Part shown: piece after piece, positions 33,495 through 42,195 of the stretch | How the letters are laid out: each line of letters begins with the position of its first letter | How positions within the stretch are numbered: position 1 is the stretch's first letter | From: Minisyncoccota bacterium | GTDB taxonomy: Bacteria > Patescibacteriota > Minisyncoccia > JAHIHE01 > JAGLIN01 | NCBI GenBank assembly: GCA_028690055.1 | Contig: JAQVBZ010000002.1 | Location: 29,978-93,977 of the forward strand | Reading direction: 5' to 3' | DNA: 64,000 bases | Notes under the pieces: model-generated | Told to the model about the DNA's origin: nothing | Database searches by the model: none | Seen by the model: the letters and a program-made list of their open reading frames with translations, nothing else | Position numbers and translations under genes: made by a program

Positions 33495-35141
33495 ATGGCG
33501 AAAACAAAGTTCATCTTTGTGACAGGAGGGGTAATGTCGGGTATCGGTAAGGGGGTTGCAACCTCCTCTATCGGCAAGATTCTGCAAAGTAAAGGCTACA
33601 GCGTGACTGCGATCAAGATTGATCCGTACATCAATGTCGATGCAGGCACGATGACGCCGACCGAGCATGGGGAAGTCTTCGTAACTGACGATGGATTGGA
33701 GACTGATCAGGATTTGGGGAATTACGAGCGCTTTTTGGACACGAACATTTTGTCGGGTAACTATATGACTACAGGACGGGTTTACCTTTCGGTTATCAAT
33801 CGCGAAAGAAATCTGGAATACGGGGGCAAGAACGTGGAAGTAGTGCCGGATATTCCCTTGGAGGTCATATCGCGCATCAAGAGGGCGGCCAAAACCACTA
33901 AAGCGGACTTTGTGTTGATCGAGATTGGCGGCACGGTGGGGGAATATCAGAATATTTTGTTTTTGGAGGCGGCTCGTATGCTCAAGACGGAAAATCCTGA
34001 AGATGTGTTGATTTTCTTGGTAAGTTATCTGCCGGTGCCTAATAAAATTGGAGAGATGAAGACCAAGCCGACACAGTACGCTGCTCGTTCGCTCAACTCG
34101 GTGGGAATCCAGCCTGATTTTATTTTGTGCCGTAGCGAACAGCCGGTGGATGAAGTCCGCAAGAATAAGATTGCGCTTTTTTGCAGTGTTCCCAAGAATC
34201 ACGTGATCGCTTCGCCGGATGTCGATTTTATTTATGAAATCCCGGTAAATTATGATGATGAGAGGCTGGGAGAAAAAATCTTATCTGCTCTCAAGCTGAA
34301 AGTAAAAACCAAGGATTTGAAAGATTGGAGGAAAGAAGTGGAGAGAATCCGTGGCATCGACAAAAAAATCAAAATCGGTATCGTGGGTAAATATTTTAAC
34401 TCTGGTAACTTCATGTTGGCAGATTCATATATTTCAGTTATCGAGTCAGTAAAGCAGGCAGCGTGGTCGAATGGTTATAAACCCGAAATCGAATGGATCA
34501 GCTCTGAAGATTTTGAAGAGGACCCGAAGAGTATTAAGAGACTCAAGCAGTTGGACGGGGTAATCATTCCAGGCGGTTTCGGTTCTCGTGGTATCGAAGG
34601 AAAAATCAGTACGGTCAAATTTTTGCGCGAGAACAATATTCCACTGCTCGGTATTTGTTACGGTATGCAGATCATCTGTATCGAGTTTGCGCGCAACGTT
34701 TGCGGACTCAAGGGTGCCAACACTACAGAGATAGATCAGGAAACTAAATATCCGGTAATAGATATCATGCCGGAGCAGAAGAAGAATCTCAAAGAAAAGA
34801 ATTATGGCGCTACGATGCGACTGGGTGCTTATCCTGCGCAATTGAAGACCGGTACTATCGCTTATAGCACTTATAAGACTGAAGCAATCTCCGAGCGCCA
34901 CAGGCACCGATGGGAAGTGAGCCCTGAATATATAGAAACCTTGGAGAGTAAAGGGCTTGTCTTCTCCGGTAAATCTCCTAATGGTAAATTGATGGAAATT
35001 GCGGAACTCAAGCAAAAAGATCATCCTTTCCTCTTAGGCACACAATTTCATCCTGAATTCAAGACCCGCTTTATGAAACCACATCCTATTTTCAACGCCT
35101 TTATGAAAGCGGCGGTCAAGGGGAAAGAGGGGAAGAAGTAG
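33495..35141 (+). CDS. pyrG: CTP synthase
   Basis: TGGVMSGIGKG, KIDPYIN, KTKPTQ, GICYGMQ, QFHPEF. Confidence 0.98.
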   Translation: MAKTKFIFVTGGVMSGIGKGVATSSIGKILQSKGYSVTAIKIDPYINVDAGTMTPTEHGEVFVTDDGLETDQDLGNYERFLDTNILSGNYMTTGRVYLSVINRERNLEYGGKNVEVVPDIPLEVISRIKRAAKTTKADFVLIEIGGTVGEYQNILFLEAARMLKTENPEDVLIFLVSYLPVPNKIGEMKTKPTQYAARSLNSVGIQPDFILCRSEQPVDEVRKNKIALFCSVPKNHVIASPDVDFIYEIPVNYDDERLGEKILSALKLKVKTKDLKDWRKEVERIRGIDKKIKIGIVGKYFNSGNFMLADSYISVIESVKQAAWSNGYKPEIEWISSEDFEEDPKSIKRLKQLDGVIIPGGFGSRGIEGKISTVKFLRENNIPLLGICYGMQIICIEFARNVCGLKGANTTEIDQETKYPVIDIMPEQKKNLKEKNYGATMRLGAYPAQLKTGTIAYSTYKTEAISERHRHRWEVSPEYIETLESKGLVFSGKSPNGKLMEIAELKQKDHPFLLGTQFHPEFKTRFMKPHPIFNAFMKAAVKGKEGKK

Positions 35142-35175
35142 TCACGGATGTGACGCATGGTGTGATTTTACGCAC

Positions 35176-35281
35176 GGAGTAGCAGACTTTAGTCTGCGCT
35201 GCTATCCTATGCGGATAGAACGTGCGATTGCGAAGGGTTTAGCGGTTTTGGATAAACGCGCAGGTTGAAACCTGCTGCTCC
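35176..35281. repeat. GTAG-type REP doublet, variants C+B
   Basis: GGAGTAGCAGACTTTAGTCTGCGC ... CGCGCAGGTTGAAACCTGCTGCTCC. Confidence 0.8.
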
Positions 35282-35432
35282 AAGATTTGAGATGTTTTTT
35301 AAGTTAGGGGAAAAATCACAAAATGTATCCATTCGATACCCAAGAGAAGAAGAGGTAAAATCGATAGCAGGACAAAATATATTTATGGTGACATTATCAT
35401 ATCAAGATAATAATTTAACGCTGAAGAAGAGA

Positions 35433-36263
35433 ATGAAAATTGAAATTGAGAAATTCAAGAACCTGAACAAGGATATCCGTAGTTTTCCTCTGACCGTACT
35501 CGGTGCCTGTCTTGTGTTGATAATAGCGGCCTTTTTCGGTTATATGATGCTTTTGTACGGTGATATGGATAAGCTCGGAACGCAGAATGATATTTCCGAG
35601 AAGTTCTACAATCAGCCAAAGGAGCCGGATGTGGCGGTAAAAGAAGATGCCGGTACCACTGAAGCTGTTGAAACGGTTCCTGATGATAAAACAACGCAAG
35701 AGGTGGTTGCGGCTAATGAAGTGGTGAAAATCCTAGCTAACGAAGATAGGACGGTCTTTGAGATTTGGAATCGCGGTGTAAAGGCAGGAGAGATAGAACA
35801 GGATTATCCGGCGCAAGTGAGCCTTTGGCGTGAAGTTAACGGCAATATCTATTTGGGAGTGAGCTATACGGGTCGAGGCGGATATATTTTGTTTGGTGGA
35901 CCTGACGAGGTTTATAAATTGGAAACTATTAAAAACTCTCTTAGTAAAGTATATGGCAGGGAAGATAAGAATGGATACGTATCGGACATTTCCTTGGATG
36001 AAGAACGATTGATAACCGTGAAGACGCCTGTTTCAGGCGCTTTATCTATCGTAGTATATGATATCGCTTCGCAAAGCATTCAACCATATCCAGTGCCTGC
36101 CCGATATAGTACTGCCGGTGAAGCTCGTTTTTCCCACGCGGGAGGGAAAATCTTATATGAAGCGGCGGTGGGAGACCCCAGTGCCGAGGAGTATGCGATG
36201 TTTATGATTGATCTTTCGACGGGGAAGCAGACTCAAGTAGGCAATCCTGAAATTATACGGTAG
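35433..36263 (+). CDS. membrane-anchored beta-rich (TolB/propeller-like) hypothetical protein, paralog 1
   Basis: Single N-terminal TM; start chosen by similarity to paralog 2; FS..GGKILYE repeat-like motif. Confidence 0.75.
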   Translation: MKIEIEKFKNLNKDIRSFPLTVLGACLVLIIAAFFGYMMLLYGDMDKLGTQNDISEKFYNQPKEPDVAVKEDAGTTEAVETVPDDKTTQEVVAANEVVKILANEDRTVFEIWNRGVKAGEIEQDYPAQVSLWREVNGNIYLGVSYTGRGGYILFGGPDEVYKLETIKNSLSKVYGREDKNGYVSDISLDEERLITVKTPVSGALSIVVYDIASQSIQPYPVPARYSTAGEARFSHAGGKILYEAAVGDPSAEEYAMFMIDLSTGKQTQVGNPEIIR

Positions 36264-36391
36264 GAGGAAGTTTATTGTTGATTTTTTATGATTCTGCGAT
36301 ATCTTTGGGCTCGGTCATTTCGACCGGGCCTTTTGTTTTGGAGCTATAGTGATATAATGGCCTTAAGCATAATCTATATGAGTCATCAAAA

Positions 36392-37249
36392 ATGAAAATC
36401 CATTACGAAAAATTTAAGGATCTGCCTAAAGATCTTATCGGCTTGCCGTCACTGATTGTTAAGGTTATTTTGGGTATGGCGCTGTTGCTGTTTTTGGGCT
36501 ATATTTTTTTGACGGGGGATAGTTTGCAGGATAAAAACGACGGGGCGGTAGATGAAAACATCGAAGTAAAGGACGATACTGTGGTTTCGGAAGGTGGGAG
36601 CGACGAGATACAGCAGGCGGCTATTTTAGGAGAGTCGGCCTTGTCGGAAACGAATATTATTTCGGGCGATATTAAGATTTCAAGCAATAAAGACCTGACA
36701 ATTTTTGAAATCTGGAACGGTGAAACTAAAGCGGGAGAAATTGAGAGAGAGGGTCCTTCACAGGTTGCGGTCTGGAAAGAAATAGGAGGCAGTGTATATT
36801 TGGGGGTAAATAACGACGGATTGGGCGGGTATATACTGTTTGGTGGACCCGATGAGGTTTATAAACTTGATACGAAAAAAGGTTCACTGACTAGGGCATT
36901 AACTAAGATATTCGACCGGGACATGTTTGCTTCGGATATTTCTGCGGATGAGAAACACCTAGCTTCTGTGGAGACTTTCTTTATGGGAGAGGAGATCCAT
37001 AATTATATCAATGTTTACAATTTGGCTGACTATAAATCTGAATCTTATCAGGTACCCGTCAAATATAGAGTTGCAGGCAACGCTTTCTTCTCTAGAGACG
37101 GCAAAAAAGTAGTGTATGAGGCGGCCGTGTCCGATCCTGAGAATGAGGAATTTGCGATGTTTGTGATTGATTTGACGACAGGAAAGCAAACACAAATCGG
37201 CGGGACCGATGTTTACGGTAAAGCTGAGGAATGGGCAAAGGATAATTAA
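36392..37249 (+). CDS. membrane-anchored beta-rich hypothetical protein, paralog 2
   Basis: Shares FEIWN..KAGEIE, YLGV, GGYILFGGPDEVYKL, AMF.IDL.TGKQTQ with paralog 1. Confidence 0.8.
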   Translation: MKIHYEKFKDLPKDLIGLPSLIVKVILGMALLLFLGYIFLTGDSLQDKNDGAVDENIEVKDDTVVSEGGSDEIQQAAILGESALSETNIISGDIKISSNKDLTIFEIWNGETKAGEIEREGPSQVAVWKEIGGSVYLGVNNDGLGGYILFGGPDEVYKLDTKKGSLTRALTKIFDRDMFASDISADEKHLASVETFFMGEEIHNYINVYNLADYKSESYQVPVKYRVAGNAFFSRDGKKVVYEAAVSDPENEEFAMFVIDLTTGKQTQIGGTDVYGKAEEWAKDN

Positions 37250-37352
37250 TGTTTTTCGCAACCTAGGAGCCTATCTTATTTTTTGTACTTATTATCATAG
37301 AAATTTCCCCTTTTTTCTTGTCAAAGCGATGATATCGTGCTAGTTTGTAAAT

Positions 37353-37586
37353 ATGTTTGATAAAGATGAAGCAAAAACAGAAGCGACAGGAATAGGAGAA
37401 AAATGGCCGAAGGGAGGTTATTCTCCGAGAAACTCATTGTCTGAGTCTGGTTAGCCCATTATAAAAGAATTAGGAGGATCGATTTATTATTGCGGCATAA
37501 TATGTATTGCATATATTCTAGGGCTTACGATGTTGATTCTGGGAGTTATTATTTCCTGTTGTTTTAGAAAAAAAGATATCTATTAA
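37353..37586 (+). pseudogene. small membrane-protein ORF interrupted by in-frame TAG (37452-37454)
   Basis: MFDKDE...SESG*PIIKELGG...CGIICIAYILGLTMLILGVIISCCFRKKDIY. Confidence 0.3.
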
Positions 37587-37676
37587 AATTTTTTTAAGAT
37601 TATCGTCGCAGACTTTTAAAGTATTTGCTGTTAATAGGATAAACTTCTTAACAGCTTTTTTATTTGATAATAAGGT

Positions 37677-38213
37677 TTGAATGTGCTATCTTTCTTAAAG
37701 CAGAATAAAAATATAAAGGAGGTAGATAAAATAACAGAGGAAATATTTTCTATTCCAGTTTCTTTGAAGATAGAGTTAAAAAAAGTTCGAGAGATTTGCG
37801 ACTCATTGGCGCTGGCAGAAGCTAGAGTTAGGGAGTTAATCGCTTCGATATACGAAAAAACGCAAAGGTTTAACGAAACAAGCGGATGCTTGTTTGTGGA
37901 TACTGAACAGATGATTCCTGACTGGAATCCTCACTGTACCTTCGGTAGCTTGGATGAAACGGTGCACTTTCTGGTGAGGAGGGTAGGAAGGCGTGAAGGC
38001 GTTGTCGGGGAAGCGGAACTCGAGAAAATGAGGTGCGACCTGCAGGAATTTCTGATGAAAGCGTTTGATGGTGAGGAGACACAGATAGAAGTGGAATTTA
38101 CTCGGGATTGTCTCGGGTACGAACCAAAAAAATATGGACATAAGAAAAAAGAAACGGCCGAGAGCGATTCGTGCTCTGCAATTCTGTTTTCAATAGAGAA
38201 TCAGATCAGCTGA
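37677..38213 (+). CDS. hypothetical protein (start uncertain)
   Basis: 178-aa ORF followed by hairpin+T run. Confidence 0.5.
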   Translation: MNVLSFLKQNKNIKEVDKITEEIFSIPVSLKIELKKVREICDSLALAEARVRELIASIYEKTQRFNETSGCLFVDTEQMIPDWNPHCTFGSLDETVHFLVRRVGRREGVVGEAELEKMRCDLQEFLMKAFDGEETQIEVEFTRDCLGYEPKKYGHKKKETAESDSCSAILFSIENQIS

Positions 38214-38344
38214 TTCTTTTTTATTACAATCAAAACCAACCCCGATTCTGCCGATGTGTGAGTTTAGAGCGATAGCTTCCTTATAAGGATAACACTATGA
38301 TCGCCTGATCATTATTCCCTTGCATCTACATAATCCCAAAACCG

Positions 38345-38430
38345 TGTCATCCTGAACTTGTTTCAGGATCTTTGTCCTATTAAGCATTAACGATATACAA
38401 TGAAGATTCCGGATTAAGTCCAGAATGACA
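38345..38430. repeat. TGTCAT-family doublet matching GIY-YIG-flanking subtype
   Basis: TGTCATCCTGAACTTGTTTCAGGATCT ... AGATTCCGGATTAAGTCCAGAATGACA. Confidence 0.8.
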
Positions 38431-38638
38431 TATAGAGAAAGCAATATACCATGAAAAACAGATATGAAATTACAGTAAGCATTAAAATACGTATTAAATA
38501 GATTTGAATCAATAGAGCCTGTCAAAGTAATGTGTCCAACCCGCCAAACCGATACCCTTGGCGATTAAGCCGGAGGTATAGTCATTAAAAAAAACAGGCC
38601 CTTTCGAGCCTGTCTTTTGAAACTTAGACCAAAAAATA

Positions 38639-38953
38639 TTATTTGGTAGTTTTCTTTTCCGGATGGGTGGGAATGTGGTCTTTGACGACGCTGACAAATT
38701 GTACTCTCTTCTTTCTTCCGTCGAAATTAGTAATCTGTTTCTCTGAGAATTTTACAAAACCTTCTGAGATTGAGAAAATTGTGCGGTCTTTACCTTCTTT
38801 TACGCCTGTGCCGGGTCGGAATTTGTTGCCGATCTGCTTGATGATGATGCCTCCGTCTTTGACGAACTGATTACCAAAAACTTTGACACCGAGATATTTC
38901 GGCTTGCTGTCTTTTAGGTTGGACGCTGTTCCACCAGCTTTCTTATGTGACAT
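38639..38953 (-). CDS. rpmA: 50S ribosomal protein L27
   Basis: MSHKKAGG, DSKPKYLGVK, GKDRTIF. Confidence 0.96.
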   Translation of the reverse strand: MSHKKAGGTASNLKDSKPKYLGVKVFGNQFVKDGGIIIKQIGNKFRPGTGVKEGKDRTIFSISEGFVKFSEKQITNFDGRKKRVQFVSVVKDHIPTHPEKKTTK

Positions 38954-38968
38954 GGTATTTGTACTTAA

Positions 38969-40222
38969 CTATTTATTATTCTTTAAAACTATTATTTCAC
39001 GAGCTACTTTCTGCTCAGGTCGGGAATAAATGATGGTATTCCTCTTGGTGATCCGAGTGTCTGCGCTCTCAAATTGCTTATCAAGTGGACACACCCTAGA
39101 ATAACCTAATTTTTCCCAACTGTCAATGAATTCTCCAAAAACGTACTCCTTGAGTTTGAGCTGATAAGCGGGGAGAGTAATCACGATTCTGCCGCCATTT
39201 TTGAGGATCGGTTTGACGTTCTGCAGGAAGCTGGTATAGAGTTTTTTCAAAGTGGAATAGTTTTCTTTGATTTCGACATTGTTAGGCATTTTTTTATAGA
39301 CCGGGCCCAAGGTCGACTCAGTGACAATGGCGTCGATAGAGTCTGGTTTGAATCTTTTGATCGCTTCGTTGTAGCTAGCTTGGAATATTTTATATTCGCC
39401 GTAAGTCAGGACATATTGTTTAGAGAGCCACTCGAGATTTTCTTTGCATTTCTCGATTTGCCTGTCGTTGGCATCTGAGCCGACGACGCGATAATCATCA
39501 AGGAGTGCTTCTTGGAGAATCGTACCGGTACCACAGAAGGGGTCGAAAATGGTCTGTCCTTCTTTGACCTGCGCCAGGTTGACCATCACCTGCGCCAGTT
39601 TGGGTGGCATCATACCGATTTTGGCGTCCTTTCCCGGTTTGTCATAGTCGCGTGCTCCGTAGCTTTCGATATCCTGCACAATAAGGGTTCGGCCCAGTAT
39701 GATTTTCTTGCCGTCGTAGATGATATCGAATTCGATACCCTTGTTGGTGTAAGTGAGCTTGTTGTTAAAAATGGTTGCAGTGGAAAGGGTGCTCTCTCGC
39801 GGGAGGGGGTAGACGATGCGTATGGAAAAATCTTTGAGCTCTTCCCGTTTGATTTTGGAGAAAGCGTCCAGAAAGAATGCCTGTGCGTCTTCTTCTTTAT
39901 TTTTTTCCGTTTGTTTGGTAAAATAAACGCTATAACCGACACTTTTCTTTCCTGATTTTTCTTCCAGAGATTTTCTGATATAAGACACGATTTCTTCGCG
40001 CACTTTGTCTTCGGTGCAATCTTTCAGCGCCTCGGCTATTTTGAGCGTTCCTCCCATCTGTACGAAGAGATTGCGTACGTCCAGCGGCTCTTTCATGTCC
40101 AAGATGAGGAATTTAGGGTCGAGAAGAACGACGCTGTAATCGACCTTGTATTTTTCCAGCATAGCCTGAATCTCACTGAGCGACATGGAAGGGGTCCGTC
40201 CCAAGAAAAAAATGTATTGCAT
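38969..40222 (-). CDS. Trm11/THUMP-like class I SAM RNA methyltransferase
   Basis: GMMPPKLAQVMVNLA, DPFCGTGTILQEA. Confidence 0.85.
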   Translation of the reverse strand: MQYIFFLGRTPSMSLSEIQAMLEKYKVDYSVVLLDPKFLILDMKEPLDVRNLFVQMGGTLKIAEALKDCTEDKVREEIVSYIRKSLEEKSGKKSVGYSVYFTKQTEKNKEEDAQAFFLDAFSKIKREELKDFSIRIVYPLPRESTLSTATIFNNKLTYTNKGIEFDIIYDGKKIILGRTLIVQDIESYGARDYDKPGKDAKIGMMPPKLAQVMVNLAQVKEGQTIFDPFCGTGTILQEALLDDYRVVGSDANDRQIEKCKENLEWLSKQYVLTYGEYKIFQASYNEAIKRFKPDSIDAIVTESTLGPVYKKMPNNVEIKENYSTLKKLYTSFLQNVKPILKNGGRIVITLPAYQLKLKEYVFGEFIDSWEKLGYSRVCPLDKQFESADTRITKRNTIIYSRPEQKVAREIIVLKNNK

Positions 40223-40648
40223 ATTTTTTAAAAAATTGATTTATAGATAAATTATAACAGATTAGCCGGAGTTGTGATACGACGCCGAATTAACTTAATC
40301 TGTGACATGATGATTTTACTTTTATTCCCCCTCACCCCGACCCTCTCCCGATGGGAGAGGGGGAAATTTCATACTGTACGATTGGATTGTAGAATAAATT
40401 AATTTAATTTGGCATGATTTGTATTTTTAGGGTTTACTCATTTTTAATCAAAATCCTTCGATAACGTTTCCTCTTCTACCGGGAGAGTGGCAGGGCCCGC
40501 CCTTGATCCTCGATCAGGTCGAGGACAGGCTCTGATCGGGGGGGGGCAAGGGGTAATAAAAATTCAAAATGGCGCAAATTTTAAATTGAATCAGAAATAA
40601 ATCAGTCTTAAAATTAAGATAATATTTAAATCCGATAAAAATAAAAAT

Positions 40649-41095
40649 ATGTCGGCAGATGAAATCATTGACAAGTATCAGGTAAAAATCAAGATACTGT
40701 CCGTTTGCGTTTTGATTTTTTCTCTGGGCTTTGCCTGCGGTTATTATTATCTCAGTGAGAATAAAAGCGGAGCCGAAGTTGCCATAGAGGATAAAAGCGC
40801 GGACTGTTCAGCTCTTTTTGAAAGAAACGCCCGGGTAGCTGTCGTTAGTACTGTCACCGCTTCGAATTCTCAAAATGAAACGGCACAAGACTCGGCAGGT
40901 ATGGTTCTTTCCGAAACTATCTCCGGTGCAGAGGTAGTCGAGCATCAATTCGCGGCAAGTAAAAACAGTACTCTTTATCATACCCGAAATTGCCAATATG
41001 TCAAACGTATCAAGCCGGAAAATCTGGTATGGTTCAATTCGGCCGCGGAGGCAGAGGCAGCAGGCAAGACGGCGCATAGTTGTGTTGATGAGTGA
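40649..41095 (+). CDS. membrane-anchored protein with Ada metal-binding-like C-terminal domain
   Basis: ASKNSTLYH..NC.YVKRIKPEN.VWF.S..EAEAAG. Confidence 0.85.
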   Translation: MSADEIIDKYQVKIKILSVCVLIFSLGFACGYYYLSENKSGAEVAIEDKSADCSALFERNARVAVVSTVTASNSQNETAQDSAGMVLSETISGAEVVEHQFAASKNSTLYHTRNCQYVKRIKPENLVWFNSAAEAEAAGKTAHSCVDE

Positions 41096-41232
41096 TTTTG
41101 ACTTTAAAGTTTGTTGGTGTTAGACTTTAGATAAGAAAAAGCACCTTGAAAAAGAGCGTAGGAAAAGATTCCTGGGCTCTTTTCGTACATTGAAAAATTA
41201 TCCCTTCACAGAAACAAAGGGGTGCGTGAAAT

Positions 41233-42195
41233 ATGTCGAGAGAAGCAAAGTGGGAAAGAGGTGTTCAATGGCCGGATAGGGATTGGACTTACCAATCCAG
41301 GTATATAAAGATGTGGCAATTAGAACAGATCGAAGATATGACCGGGCGCAAGCTGTCTAATCTTAAGAGAAAAAACCAACATCATCCTGTCCCCTCGGTT
41401 TTGGCGGATACGGTTGGATATCTTATGCGAATAGATTTTCAAACCGAAGATTCTCACTATTCTTTTATCATTAAGAATATCAGGAATTTGCTGAAACAGA
41501 TGGATTGTGCGGAGGAAGATATAGGGCAAAAAACCGAAGACAACAAAAATGGTAAGGGGAAAAAAGATGTCAGCATCAAGAAGATTAAGAATAAATTAAA
41601 AAGTTTGATTCTAGAGCTTGCGAGCCAAAACTATTATTATGTACCGCAGTTCTTGCACGAATTATTCAACAGGCTTTTTGCCGGCGAGCTTACTCCGGCA
41701 GAGGTTTTGCTCAAGCTGGAGTGGATGTTCGACAAGAGAAGAAATTATTGCGGAGAAAATAAAGAGAACCTTGTGGATTTTCTTTTAAGCGTATGCATCT
41801 TGGAAAAAAAACGCATCTTTACGAAGGCGGAAAAAGAAAGAATTCGCGTTATCAGAAATAGTGCGGATGATGTCCACCCCGTATTGTTGCTGAAAACGTT
41901 GGGGTTGGAAATAAGCGACATTGTAGATGCGCTGTCTCGATATTTTTTCCATCCCTATTGGGGAATGGAGAGATTCAAGAAGCATTTCTTGTTGCTGATG
42001 TTCTTAAAACCTCCCGATCGGCTGAAAAAAACTAACATGTCCATGTATTTGGAATACTACAAGCACAATGGTATCCATAATGTTTTGCGCAATATGAACG
42101 AGGAGGAGATACGGCTCTTAAAGTATTTTTTGAATCGTTTCTCACAAATGGAATGGGAAGACTCTAAAGAATCTCATCTGGATCAACATCAATGA
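41233..42195 (+). CDS. hypothetical protein
   Basis: 320-aa ORF with AAGGGG RBS; converges on and overlaps the priA 3' end. Confidence 0.7.
   Translation: MSREAKWERGVQWPDRDWTYQSRYIKMWQLEQIEDMTGRKLSNLKRKNQHHPVPSVLADTVGYLMRIDFQTEDSHYSFIIKNIRNLLKQMDCAEEDIGQKTEDNKNGKGKKDVSIKKIKNKLKSLILELASQNYYYVPQFLHELFNRLFAGELTPAEVLLKLEWMFDKRRNYCGENKENLVDFLLSVCILEKKRIFTKAEKERIRVIRNSADDVHPVLLLKTLGLEISDIVDALSRYFFHPYWGMERFKKHFLLLMFLKPPDRLKKTNMSMYLEYYKHNGIHNVLRNMNEEEIRLLKYFLNRFSQMEWEDSKESHLDQHQ

Noticed and set aside
33432-35024. Long minus-strand ORFs opposite pyrG (and similar ones opposite dnaK, priA, DUF3160, rsmH)
   Set aside because: Shadow frames of well-supported genes
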